Source: Bigelowiella natans CCMP2755 (lineage: Eukaryota > Protista > Cercozoa). From it: a DNA stretch of 54,123 bases. Under the pieces are notes generated by a model. That model was not told where the DNA came from. It did not search any database and saw nothing but the letters and a program-made list of their open reading frames with translations. Position numbers and translations under genes: made by a program. Of the stretch, positions 25,816-45,049 are shown in pieces; the stretch's first letter is position 1, and every line of letters starts with the position of its first letter. The DNA lies in the NCBI GenBank assembly GCA_000320545.1, contig ADNK01002541.1, forward strand, positions 1 to 54,123, in the 5' to 3' direction.

Positions 25816-26879
25816 ATGGCACTCGCTGGTGAAACTGATATGGACAAGTTGAAATCCCTCAACAAGAAGACTTACAAAGAACAGGCAGTTTGGTTCTTGA
25901 ACGCATACTGGGGAAATATCTTCGAGAAGGGAGAGGTAGTAAGCATCAGCTCTATATCATTCGATATATTCATATGCGTAGAATATGCAATTGTTGATTA
26001 GTGATTCTGAACAACTAGGGCGATTGCGCTCCGGAGAAACTTTGGGAATGGTGCCACCTTTTCGAAGAACTTGACAACAAGAAGAAAAAAAAGGGGTCGT
26101 ATTAACACTAAGTATAGATGTACACATACTTTAGGTTATATTTGTTGTTGTAGTCTTGCGCATTCATTTTATTCATTCAATTATTTGTTAGCTGTGAACT
26201 CGATGAGTTTAAGGCGCATGTGTTCTTGGAGAAAATTGGACAGACGCTCTCTGTTCGTGAGATGCGCTCTTATCTCAAGGTTATCTATTGATCACAATGA
26301 TAAATCCATCAATAAGTCTATAGTACAAATCCATCCTCAAAATATCCTAATGCCGCTGTTCTCTCCTTAATAGTCGGTGGATATCGACTTCAACAAGAAG
26401 GTCTCACTCATTGAGTACCTTGTGTGCAAGTAAGCCACGCATATATTCGATTTTCAATTTTATTCCAAAGGCATAACGTTCTGAAATACTCTTGTTAGGT
26501 TTAAGGATAATGGAGTTAAGTGGCATGCACTCGTAAATGCGCCCCAGGATGATGAAAAGGCAAAGGCAGAACGTGAAGCAGCGCAGAAGGTCGTCCATGG
26601 AAGGAGATACTCCACTTTCATCACCTTTCTAATAAATCAGTTCATTGAAACTGCTGCACAGAATTAGCACGAAATTGAATCTTTTATTCATACAAGGCTG
26701 TGAGCGCTGCCTCAGAGGCTGCTGCGAAGGCACGCGACGACCATAAAACTGCCCTTTCGAACGAAACTACCGCTGCCAAGGAAGCTAAAGTTGCTGCAGA
26801 GAAAGAACTTCTTGTAATTTTAAGAGCATTAAGATCTGATCCAACAGAATTACGCACGCACACATACCAACTAACTATA

Positions 26880-26918
<39 letters not shown>

Positions 26919-28172
26919 CATATGTGTTTGTGTGTGTGTGTGTGTGTGTTTGAAACTCTCTAGGCAAAGAGTGAGGAGAAGAAAGCTCTTGCTGCAGAAG
27001 CGGTAGTGATACCTCAAATGCAACTGACAAGGATATATTCTGTTGTATGTAGAAGTCCTGAATTTACTGACCTAGATGACAAATTGCTTTTAGGAATGCA
27101 CCGAATTGAAAGCGATTGCAGTGGCTAAGGCTGCTGCTGCCAAGAAGACAGAAGAAGCTGCCGTGAAAACTGCTGCAGAGGCTAAGGCGGCAGCAGAGGA
27201 AGCAGAGGCAAAAGAGAGCGACTTGAAACAAGCAGAATTGAAGGCAAAAGGAGAGGCCAATATGGCTCAAAAGGCGAAAAATGAGAGTGACACAGCTGCC
27301 AGTAATGCAAGAATAGCCCTAGAAAAGGTTCTGGCAGAGGAGAAAAAATACCATAATAAGATGAAAAAACTCCAATCCGACTCGAAAAACATGGAATACG
27401 GAATTGTCAAGCGGAATAAAGCTGCAAACCTTCTAGATCAATTGAAAGCCAAGCCTACGATGGCACTTCAGACAGCAAAAATCACCCTTGCTGCAGCAGA
27501 GAAACGAGCTGCGAAGGCTTTGAAGAAGTCAGCTGCAGCAGCTAAAAAGGCGCAGAATGCTGCAGACAAGATTTCTGCTGCTGCAAGCGCTGCAGAAGCT
27601 GCACGAAAGGCTGCTGATGAACGCAAGGCACAAGCTGATCAGGACGCTAAAGTCGCTAAGGCAGATCGTAAGGTTGCTGATGCTGCCGAGAAGGAATCGA
27701 ACCTCGCTCTGATCGCGGCATCTGACGCCAGAACACTGGCTCAGAAAGCAGCTGCTAAAGCCGAGAAGGCACGGGTGGCTGCTGATGAATCGAAGAAGGT
27801 TGCTACAGCAGCTCGTGAACAGGCAGAAAAATCGCTACGTGACGCAACAGTTGCTATGGAAGATGCAGAATCGAAACTAAAGGAACTTCTGGCGAAACCA
27901 CGCGGCAGTGGAATGGTAATAAACAATGAGACGAGATTTGTTACAATTTGTTTACGAATTGGTAATAGACGAAGATATAATAAATTAATTTCACGATGTC
28001 ACGAATAAATTTCCATCGTACGCGTGATTCGCACATTGAATAATAATGATAATAATAATAACTACTAACAAAACAGGGCGCTAACTGGTGGCTTGAGAGA
28101 GAGTTCGAGGAGGCTAAAAAGTATATGCCAAAGCACAAGCTTAAGAAACTTGCAGCGAAGATGAAGAAGTAG
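25816..28172 (+). CDS. Calcium-regulated actin-bundling protein, Dictyostelium ABP34-like, with EF-hand and long Ala/Lys/Glu coiled-coil insertions; 9 exons
   Basis: EQAVWFLNAYW, EF-hand VDIDFNKKVSLIEYL, GIVKRNKAANLLDQL and C-terminal GANWWLEREFEEAKKY match my recollection of ABP34 motifs (QAVHFLNAYW, VDVNFDGRVSFLEYL, GAIWWMNRDLEEKKK). Junctions GT-AG, in frame; stop TAG 28170-28172. Confidence 0.82.
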
Positions 28173-28289
28173 ATCATCTTTTGCGTCATCAAATTTGCTA
28201 AAGTAGAGAGTGAGAAGGAAATGCTTAGGAGTGCATGATTCGACTTTTAAGTCGTTCTGTTACAATTCAAAGTCGTTCGTAGTGGAGCA

Positions 28290-29280
28290 CATTTACATCT
28301 AGACATACAAGATCTCTGTGCAATGCACGTACGACTGACAACGTACCTGCGCGTCACGCTCCACTGCATCCTTCTCGTGCAATCGTCGACGTGTGCACAT
28401 GCGAACAATCTTCCAAAACATGCATGCGTAGATCAATGAAATTGAGCGTGGCTAGGCTCTAATATTAGGCTCAACAACGCATTCACATGAAGTCCATAGT
28501 TATAGTAGTCCTAGCAGTCTGGCGGCGCGCAACGCGACAGGGCTTGCTGCTACAGCTTATTAGACTGAGCAAGTGAGCAGGGGTACCGGTCATCAAATGC
28601 ATGTTTAGCTGGCTGCTATGTGAGCACATGCTCTAGTACTACTAGCAGATGCATGTGCGCGCGCACACATATGACGCGTGGCGTGCGTCGCACATGTGCA
28701 TGTGCGCCACGGCACTGCTACGCTACGTGTCACGACCAGCTAGCTAGCCGTAGCGCAAGGAGCGCGCAGCATTCCCGGCTACATGCGTGCGCACAGCTGG
28801 ATCGATGGCAACGTGTCTAGCTAGGTAGGTGTAGTTCGATCTAGCGATGATCGATGACATCCATGCTAGCATGGACACGATCGACATGCAACGTGCACAC
28901 ACATGATTGATTGACAATGTCTAGATGTGCATTACATCCGTCTGCATCGATCACGTCATCATGTTTGCATGCTAGCATGTTGCGCGCGTGCATGCTAGCC
29001 GAGCATGAGACGCAACGATGTCTGCTATGCGCTTGTCAGCTAGCTAGTTAGCTGCTAGTTGGGTGGGCTGCTCCACGTCTGCCCTAGCTACTAGCATACT
29101 AGCTAGCTAGTGCTCACTGTGCAGTTCATTCTAGCGATCATGTTCGAAAACGATGAACATCGAGCTAGCGCTCGCAAACAAAACTGGAAAAACTGATCAT
29201 GCGCATCTAGGCATGGCGCGCCCTCATCGATGCAATCGATTACCACCACCGTTCTGGCGTGTCACACAGCTAGAAAGCTC
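28290..29280. repeat. CTAG-footprint tract D (between convergent genes)
   Basis: ACAT-CTAG-ACAT 28295, CGAT 28837, CATG 28862 and 28968, ATGT 28917, GCAT 29203. Confidence 0.85.
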
Positions 29281-29662
29281 CAGAGCCATGCAGCCAACTG
29301 CTGATCAACATGCTGGCTACGTGGCAGCTGAACAGCATGATTCATGACAAGAAAGCACAACAAACATCATTAAGCATTCATTGGATACGATGCTGCTGTG
29401 TGTGTGCTAATGTTATTATAATCTTTCTCTTTTATATAATTGCCATGCATGGCAGCATGAGCGACTACTAGAGTAGGGCAATAATTGCATGACTTTCTTA
29501 CCTCCCAAGGCAAACATACAATCAGTAAAGATATTACAAGCAGTTCTCCTCAGTAAAAATAACTTTATCATATTCGGCCTTTATCAAGTTCTCCCCGCCC
29601 CCCTCCCCAAAATTTAGTGCTTGACTTACGGGTTCCTTCATGCCAACACGAGCAACAGCTCA

Positions 29663-30627
29663 TCATTTCTTAAGTTTTTTTTTCAAGAAATCCTCGAGAC
29701 GGCCAAGGAACAGCATATCATCGCAATTGACTGTGACGTCCATGCCACCACCAGACTTACTCTCTTCGACAACAATCAAAACTTGCTGCTCCTTGTCATG
29801 TCTCAACGTAGCAGCCATACGGAAGGTTCCTGGCGACGAATCTGCTTCTCCTAGAACCGCAACGTCTACACAAGAACTCACAGCTGTAGCCACCTTGTTT
29901 GTAGAAGCGTAATTGCTGATTTTGAACCGAGACTCTTGCATCCCGGTAAGCTTTTTCCGTGTACTCTCAAACTCAGCAACACTGACGAGATTTGAGCGCA
30001 GAAGGTCACCAGGAGTAGGAGTGAGAGCTACAGGGTACTTACGATCCGTGGTACAGATGTCAAATTTAAGCTTTCTTTCTGAACCCTTGAAATCGATATG
30101 CATCTTGGCAGTGTTTGTTTGGTTGGCATGCAACACAGGAATACGGTCAAAGGGACGGATATCAACACCTGAATCAATCAAATCAATCAATCAAATCAAT
30201 CAATCAATAAATTATTAGAGGAAAGAACAAAAGGTAGTACCGCAAGAATTACATGCTATTCCTAGTTTTTTCATTAAGCTTTTTTGTACTGGTATAAGGC
30301 TAGTAATAGGTCACAAAATGATGCATGCGGTGGAGTGGTGATGTGGTGATATAGTTATACATATTCATATCAGTTAGATATTAAGATTATATGACCGGTA
30401 GCTTGCACGTTGCTCATATGCAGGTCCCTCACTTCGTTGCGAGATACGAATTCCAACTCACAAACCAGCATCGATTTCGAGTATATTGAATCTTGTCTTA
30501 CGAAGGAGAATCGTACCTGTGGGTGAGTGATCATCATGAGAAAAAGAAGAAGAAACAAAGTGGATGCTAAATATGACGATCATCACAACTATCATTCACT
30601 AATGATCAACGTGGTCAAGAAATCATC

Positions 30628-30663
<36 letters not shown>

Positions 30664-31170
30664 CCTGTAGGCCTTCTCCAAGAGATTCTTTGAGCAAGAT
30701 TCCATTAGATCCAACCCTGCTAGGTCTCACAGCTGCATGTAGCTGCTTCTTGTTAAGCCCCCCCACTCCTCCAGCACCACCACCACCCAGGAAACCAGAC
30801 ATTCCTTTGCTTTCACCCCCTCCAGCAGATATAAAATTGTCTTCAAAGTTTAGTCCCGATAAGATGTCAACTGAAGAAGGGTTGTTTGTAGTTGCACCCC
30901 CACCCTGTGAGTAGTCTTCACTATCATCGAGAAGATTTAGCAAATTATTCGAGGTAGATGCCGTCGCAGGAGCAGGTTGCTTCTTCTTTTTCTTGGTGTT
31001 ATTGTTCTCATCATCATCGTCAGAGTCACTATCATCTTCTGAAGAGGATGATGATGATTCGTCACCATCATCATCAGCAGCCTAACAGCAACAAGAATAG
31101 CATGTTTTTGTTAGTTCCAAAGGAATCGATATCGTAGTACTTGATAAAGAATACCACACAACACACACAC

Positions 31171-31247
<77 letters not shown>

Positions 31248-31733
31248 ATGTAAATATTCAAAAGTAGTAGTAGCAGTAGTAGTAGCTACCTTTGGTTTGT
31301 TTTTATGTGCTGTAGCAGCAGTCCCATTTACACGATGTTGATCATCATCATCATCATCGTCACTTGAGTCCGAGTCATCATCATCATCAGAGCTATTATC
31401 AGTATCATCTTCATCATTATCTGATGATGATGAGTCAGAATCCGAGTCACTGTCACTATCACTATCATCGGAGTCACTGCTACTGCTGGTGCTGTCATCA
31501 TCGCTGTCTGAATTGTAGAAATCATCCACATTTGAGTATTTTTTATTGGCCTTCTTCTTCCTTCTCTCCATCTTATCTTCGTACTCGGATCTTGGAGGCT
31601 CACGAACCTACAAACCAGCAGCACCAGCACCAGCAGCAGAGCATTATCAAAGGAGAGTTGGCAAACATCACATCCATCATCATCATCATCATCATCATCA
31701 TATCTCTTTCCTTCACCCAATCTTCTTTTTCTT

Positions 31734-31764
<31 letters not shown>

Positions 31765-34553
31765 CTATAGTATACATTCATATCACATATCATCATCATC
31801 AGCAGCAGCATCATCCAACAAATCATCTGCTAATACAAACCGAGGCATCAGGTGCAATTTCTGGAAATTCTGGCAACTGCTGGTAGTCTTTGACCTCATG
31901 CTGCATTAGATGTGACATGGACCCTAGGACAAGGCTATTACGATCTTGGAATGGAGATTCCGTCTCTGGAGGTGGCTTGACCCACAAGAAGCACCTCTTC
32001 ATAATCATTTTAGCTTTGCTTTTGAGCTCCTCCTCGTCGTTACTTCCAGCTCCCCCCCCTCCTTTCTTCTTGAAGAAAAGAACTCTTACCATCCTTGCCC
32101 TGTCTCTCAGGTCAAAGTTGATGTCGTTTTTGGATAGATCCATGATATATTTGAATAGAAGTGACGTTTGTCTTGGATTAGAGAGGTAAAGCTTGACCGC
32201 AAGATTGAGTATTTGGAGTTTGACCTCTACAGCCTCTTCTCGGAACGTTTGTGCTAGTTGTCGTAGGCAGTCAGGAGCTACTTTAGGTATCATCTCACGA
32301 TACTCACCTACAATCCATACTAAGGCAGTGCGAGCCATAGGAATCTTGACCTTAAACAAGAACTTTGCCATTCTTTTGATGATTGCAATGTGCTCTTGTG
32401 GGTTTCTTTGAAGGAGCTGTCTGATGACTGAAATAGCTTGAGCAACCACGGTTTCTTCGGAATTCTTTACTAGACGTAGAAGCATATGGAGGCACCTCTC
32501 TGCTACATCCGGTATCGTCATTGCACATCTACCAATAGTGCGTATAGCGGTGTGGACAAACTTTTGATCGTAATGATTGACGTAAGAAAAGAGTTCTAGA
32601 AGGATGGGCCCGATGGTGCTATCAGAGGCAAGATGAGCAAGAATATCTAACTTGAGCTCTCGAATGAACTCAGGGTCATCCCAGTAGACAAAGAACATCT
32701 TCACGTACTGACGAAACATTGCTGGTCTCTTCGCCGCCATAGTTGAGATATTTGCCAAGACAACATGCCTGAGAAGAAGAAGAAGAAGCAGAAATGGAGA
32801 GGAGGAGGAGGAGGAGTGACGCAATATGAATAACAATGTGATATAAATGTAACAATTCCTCCATTACTACACTACTAGTCTTTGTGCTTCTAATACTTAA
32901 CTGCATTTCCCTATAGTTGGACAAATGTCTCGCTAGAGCAGGAGCACACTGCCTGGCTTCATGTTTCGGGCCTATGGAGAACATCAAAGAGCAGACTCCG
33001 ATAATAACAGAGGCGTCTGCAGAGTTGAGAAGAATAGTAGCGCTCCTTATTAGCAATCGGTGGTCAGGATCCATAATATACTGCTTCTTGCGCTTTTTGT
33101 TCTTTTTCCCTTCATCATCTTCATCGTCGTCGTCATCATCGCTATCGTCGGAGTCTGAATCTTCATAGAAAGGGGCATCCCCAAAGTCTCCATCATCTTC
33201 AATTTCATCGTTTCCGTCTTTTCCGAAAGGAGATAGAAATTGCGTCCTTGCGTATCTCGTAAGCACTCCCAAGGATACGGTTTGTCCGAAGTAATCAAAA
33301 TCAGCCAACAGGTGGCATATCTGTGGTTGTTATATACACCATGTCAGCACAGGAAGAAGAAGAAGAAGAAGAATACAAATCATCCATGTAAACACAGGAA
33401 GAAGAAGAAGAAGAAGAAGAAGAATACAAATCATCCACGTGCTTCTTACAGATAAATGTGTGTTGATAATAGGTTTCTTTTAGATGTCGTTGCCGATTGC
33501 AAATGTTTATTGAAGATGAGAGGTGTTCTTTGTTCTTCGTGCATTACCTTGCGGAAGTGTGGATGTAAGAGATCCAATCTCTCTGGGCACACCTGTAGTT
33601 GTAGTAGTAGTAGTTGTAGCAGTAGTAATAGACAAGTATTATAAAATATAATTGCAAACATTTCGGCTAGCGAACAGTTGGATAATAATTATCATCATGA
33701 TGATTCAGCATCTATCTCCTCTCTCCTACCTGGCTGTATGCAAACATGGTAGCTCCAAGAACGTTAGGTTCACTGTTAGACAAGAGCTCGGTAATCATGT
33801 CCACCAGCTCAGCTTTACGACCGCTATCCGTGCGCCACACCTTAGGGATGGCACATGCGGCTGCCTTTCTTACATATGACGAAGTGTCTCGAACACAGCT
33901 CTTCAGAGCAAACATCACAATAGGAATCACGACTTTGATGTGTATACTGGACATCGCTCGCAAAGCGTTGGCTCGGACCTGATTAGCAGAACAACGACAA
34001 TTCATTCCAGAGGAGCACAGACAGTGTGAAAAACCATAACCATAATTGAAGTAGAATGTTGCCTAATATTTTCTAAATATCCGGGGTGATGCAATACAAG
34101 ATGGTGACCATTCACTCTCCTCACACCCTACTCTGTTTTTGAACGCTAATATCGTATGAATGTACCCTTTGGTTGGAACTTTTGAGATCTTGTTGCAAAG
34201 AGTTAATTGCCAATAGTGCAAGTTGTTGGTTATCTTCCGCATAATGCGTAAGAAACATATAGACGAGCTTCTTCACCTCCATGTTATCCACTATAACGTT
34301 CTTGACAACGTCAGGGAAAAATGAGGAGACATCACGGCCAAGAGTCATCATTGCAATCAAACGTTTCATCGCGTTCAGCTTCTTCTTCACCAATCTATGA
34401 TCAAGATTCTCCCGCAGCTCATTAAACTGAATAATGAATTAGAGACGTCAAGAACTACAGGTATGTAATGTGAGAGAGAGGTACTACCTTTGAGCTCTTC
34501 TCATCGAAGTACTTGGCATCGGAGAGAAGTGAGATTTGGGAAAGAACCGACAT
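29663..34553 (-). CDS. AP3B: AP-3 adaptor complex beta subunit (trunk, acidic Ser/Asp hinge, ear)
   Basis: KLNAMKRLIAMMTLGRDVSSFFPDVVKNV, EVKKLVYMFL, RANALRAMSSI, YVRKAAACAIPKV, CPERLDLLHPHFRK, GQTVSLGVLTRYARTQFLSP, MDPDHRLLI, VWIVGEY, FDLRDRAR, LVLGSMSHL..HEVKDYQQLPEFP are diagnostic of beta-3 adaptin. ATG 34553. Confidence 0.93.
33348..33437. repeat. Intronic tandem duplication of a ~40-bp unit containing (GAA)n
   Basis: cacagg(aag)n aatacaaatcatcca occurs twice with different (AAG) copy numbers. Confidence 0.85.
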
Positions 34554-35922
34554 CTTTCAGAGGAAAGGAACCAATGTTTCTGGCAAAAAATTACGTTTGG
34601 TTAGCAACACAGCTCATGAACCTTCTTTTCGTATGACGTCACAACCAATGATGCGAATATTACTTAGAATTGAAACACCATAGTGGTAGTCCAATATTCA
34701 TAAATATCTACAGTAATAATAATTTGAAAAAGGAGGACACCAGAATTCAAAATGCGTCCGAGGAGAAGGCAAAGAGCCAAGTGGGGGAAGGGGGGGGACA
34801 ACTGACCGCGGACCCACTGACAAGCCGATTAATTAAGTTTCTAAAACCACCCGGTTTTCTTGAATTGCATGTCGTTCATACCCTGTGTCAAGGAAAACTA
34901 GTTGTCGTCATATGGAAAAGAAGAAAAACACTTATGTAGATATTTCATAATATTTTGTAATAGCGACATGACTAATTCATTGTCGCTGCAATTTACAAAG
35001 GAAGGAACATCTCAACCAAAGAAGCAAGGACGTATGCGATGACCATGCACGTCGACCTTGCCTATCCGTACCCCCACAATTCCTATTGACTCCACCACAC
35101 CGTGTATCCAATTTTATGTAGTAAACATGCATTGCTGGGAAGATATCTAATTTGTATACGTTCCCCACCTCCGTTTAAAGAACTCCGCTTTCCCCAACTA
35201 AATTTCGGAACATTGTTCATGATTTCCATAATGTCCACGATGCTGAGAGATATTCGCAAGGGTATTGACCCGGACTGTACGTGCAGCCCGCACTAGACAT
35301 TTATCGTGCCCACCTCGTCCGAGTAACGTACGGGGTCATTACAGCACGCTGTAACTCTTCAACTTTGAACTGATCATCGTGCTCTAATAATCCGAACATG
35401 GAAGGAATATGACGACACTTAGAGTGCAGTAAAATTATCAATATTCTCAGACTTGTATTTAATGATAAGCGATATGTGATGCATGCACAGCCTGCTAGAT
35501 ATTATAATAGCGCACCTGGCCAATCAGCGGTCGAAATGCACAAACGAATCTAGGAATTAGAAGTCAGAAAGCTGTTTGTACTGCATAAAACTTCGTTAGT
35601 GTGACAGACTGTAAAATCATAATTGTCTCGCCTGGCTACACACACATACACGCATTTGCAGCTTTGCATTGTCCTTACGTCATTAGGATGACCATTGAAC
35701 AAATTTAATTGATTCATTACATCCGTCTTACGTACATGATATTGAAGCATAGCATGTTCAGAACGCTAGGTTTGGGGCGAGAGTTTCAAAGTATTCGGCT
35801 TTGCTGCATTAATATATCGATAGCAAACCTGAACTAGCATCAATGAAGCTTCTGATGCATAGGCTAATGCTGCGCACTAGCGCTGCATGCCTTTCCCATC
35901 TACACCTCTCCGTACTTAATAT

Positions 35923-41254
<5,332 letters not shown>

Positions 41255-41330
41255 CCGAGGAGCATTGGTTGTACAGCTATCATCACCTGTGCAGCTTCTA
41301 TTGCTTCATCGACTGCTTAACCTGTTAGAG

Positions 41331-41786
41331 ATGAGCAGTATTTATGATACCCTCAGGCTCAAAAGGGCGCATCTTGCGGTCTTATCAGCGTTATCAATAG
41401 TCTTAGTATTCGTTCTGTTGATTCTTCCCTTCGTCGATACTGCAAAAACAAGCTACTACTACACTTCTTTGTCCCCAATCACGCCACGAACCCATGCGAC
41501 AACACCCAACTCTGTTCCCGCTTATTCAAGGATTTTTGCACCATCATCTAGTCACATTCCATGCGGTACGTCACTCTAATCTGCTGGTGGATAACTCAAC
41601 TTTGTAGCTAAAAGATGTCGTCGTCTTGTATTCTCGAATTAAAGGAAGCTCGCAAATGACCAATAACATCGCCCCTTTGAGGAATTTCCAAAAAGCGGTT
41701 GAATTGTTAACAAAATAACACAAGCTCTGTAATTTTTTTATGATGATATGACGACCGTGTTGCATTGGAAATGGGGTCTGCCAATA

Positions 41787-41818
<32 letters not shown>

Positions 41819-43312
41819 CGACGATGATGATGATGATTTTTGTATGTATGTTGCTCTCTTTCTAGATACTTTCGTCGTCATCATCAAAGTGGTCAGCAGC
41901 TGTTCCAGCAGCTTCGTCATTACCTTCAATGGATGACAAAACTTCTCCCATACTCGAGAAACTTTCTGGGATCTCACTCCCTTCAGTTAGCGATAATGAA
42001 GCTCGTGAAGTAATTCTTTCCTTTGATCTTGTTATTAGGATTCTTGGTAGATTTTCTACAAATTTGAAGATGTATTCAGGGAGTACACTTCATTTGTTTG
42101 TGTTAATTATTATGTTTGCAACTACTACAACCCAGATAACAAGTATTCTATCTTTAACCGGAGAGGATGGGGATAACGGAGCTAGTACTACTGGAAGAAG
42201 AAAAAGAAGAGTGTTGATAGCATTCTTCACTCAGTGGGGTGACTTTGACTCATTCGAGATGGCGCAAAGATTGGTAATAAGCTGCAACTAGTGATAGTAG
42301 TAGCATGAATAGTAGTCTCACAACAATCAATCAGCTTTTGCTCATCGATCGATGATGATCATATAGACGACTTAGTGCGTGTACGCTGCTGATGAGACTT
42401 TGATATATGATATAATCAATAAGGTTCCCTACATACCAAAACTAGAGGAAGAAGGTGTAAAGGTGATATTGCAGCTACTTCAACGATGACTGCACGGAAG
42501 CTTGATTGATGATGATGATGATGATGATAACAATCTAAATTGTGACATTAGTAATGGTGGTTTGATGCTATTGGTTGTTGTTGTTTGGCAGCTTGTCGCT
42601 ATTGGAATTGGAGAGATGGAAGGGGCAAAGACATTTGCACGGTTAGACCATCAAAGAATGCACCATTTATGACATTATCTTTATTGTCTTACATGTGTGG
42701 TCCTCGCAATAAATGTGTGTTGATGAACTCACTTATTGCCTGATAATGGTGTTGTTATGACTGAATAACCATCACTTCTACCAGAAGAGTAAGTAGCAGG
42801 AAGAAGCTAAATGTGTCATATCAAACGTGCGACCCCTTCCACCCCCCCCCCCTCCCCCAAATAGTCTCACAGGCTTTCCAGAAAGCAAACTCTACGTTGA
42901 TTCAGAGGCCAAAACACACTCTGCATTAGGGTTGTACGTACGATGATTGTTACTTGCTACTTACTATTATCTTATCATCTTCGTTTTGTATAGTGCTGTT
43001 CTATGGTCTGATGCTGTCCGGTAACTTCCTCTCTCAATACATAGGCTAACTTCCTCTCTCTCTCTCAATACATAGGTTTGAAGCTGGATTTGGTCGTCGC
43101 TCTACTAGTGATGCCACTGCTGGGAAAACTTGGTAATTTATGCAAGATATATAATATCAATCAATGAACTAGAATAGGATGACAGCACAACTACTACTAC
43201 TACTACTACCTTCATTGATTTGAGACTACATTGGAAATAACACGTAGGTGGACCTCTGATAGTGCTTTGAAAGTCACTGAAGGTTATAGTAGCGATGAGT
43301 AGTCAGTATCTG

Positions 43313-43361
<49 letters not shown>

Positions 43362-43556
43362 GATAACAGTACACTATGAAGGGTGGTGGCAACAATAATG
43401 ATGACGATTTAAATAATGTACTTATATAAGCATTAGATGCTGCTGCTTTTCCACAGTGAAGATTTTGGGATTTTTATATATCTTTTGGTGGTTTGTATTT
43501 TTCCTTCTTCAATAGTTATGCTCATCATCAATAACAACACCATCAACGACGTGAAT

Positions 43557-43589
<33 letters not shown>

Positions 43590-43748
43590 CAGGATGGTCA
43601 CCTTATGCAAAGCTATTAGCAATGTGTGCAGGTAACAAACGCAACACAAGTAGAAGAACAATAGCAGTTGTCGTTACTCGCTGATTTAAGAAGAAGCTAT
43701 ATTTTTCCATCAAGATTCTATGATTGGAGAAAACCATCATCATCGTCG

Positions 43749-43779
<31 letters not shown>

Positions 43780-44116
43780 ATCAGTACAAAATAAGAGAAA
43801 TGAAGAGAGAATACCACCGAGATAGACATTAACCGTGTAGTCTTGTTTGTTCTTTTTCTTTTCGTTTGTTTTTTAGTATAATCTTAGAGATATGATGATG
43901 ATAAACACACAGCTGCTGCTGCTACTACAACTAAACTACTACTACTACTACTACTACTATTACTACTACTACTAATACTACTCCATAATAGGACTTGGAT
44001 CTCCAGGAACATTGCAAGAGGTAGCAAGGAAGAGAAAGGAAGAAGAAGAAAAAAGAAACAAGAGCCCATTCTCTCTTATATATTTTGTTTTTGCCTGAGG
44101 CATACTCAATTGACAA

Positions 44117-44156
<40 letters not shown>

Positions 44157-44227
44157 ATATTTGCAAGTAGTACATTATGTGTAAAATCTGTAAGGGTTCA
44201 TGCTAACAAATAGACATCATTGTTGTT

Positions 44228-44260
<33 letters not shown>

Positions 44261-45017
44261 GTGGAAATCATTTTGCAGCCTCTCTCACATATGAATACTC
44301 TGATGAAGGTATTTCGAGGTTATTTAGGGGATAAGAATTCTCCTGAGATCAAAGACAGGTCATGCTAGTTGTATAGTAGTAGTAGTAGTAGTAACAGCAG
44401 TAGTAGTAGTAGTAGTAGTAATGACAGCAGCTGCTATAATATTCAAGACTGTGTATTTACTTGTCAATTCCGCCTTAATACTGAGTAGTACCTTCAGATT
44501 CCTATTCTGCTCGTTGGTATATCACCTAACGATATGTCTTGCTACCAACATTTATCGTCATATAACTGTGTTTAAGATTTCCTGGGGTGCTCCCCGACCA
44601 GATGTCTGGCCTCTTTGGTGTTCTTGGAGGTAGCAGCAAGTACTAGTAGTAGTAGTAGTAGTAGTGGTAGTAGTGGTAGTTGTTGTGGTGGTAGTAGTAG
44701 TAGTAAGCACGTCATGGTTCATTATTTCCATTCTCATCGTTTGACATTCATCGTTTGGTAATCGTTGAAGGGCTTTTTATGGCTACATGGTTGTAATAAT
44801 CATAGTGACAGTCTTCATCACCACCACCATCATCATCATCATACCATCACCATCATCATCATCATCATCATCACCATCATTATATCTCTGCCATTGTCGT
44901 GAGTGCTGCAAAGTATTCATTATGCAGTTGTTGTGTATTTATTACTATCGATGTTTAGACGGATATCAAAGACCTTTTGAGCTTGCCACTGTTCGCCTTC
45001 TTAACATGTACTGTATA

Positions 45018-45049
<32 letters not shown>

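Noticed and set aside
30940-31600. Very acidic Ser/Asp low-complexity exons
   Set aside because: Expected hinge region of AP-3 beta.
35266-35338. Possible ~73-nt hairpin (tgaccc/gggtca, cggac/gtccg, gcac/gtgc)
   Set aside because: Stems are short and there are no tRNA, snoRNA or SECIS hallmarks; not distinguishable from chance by eye.
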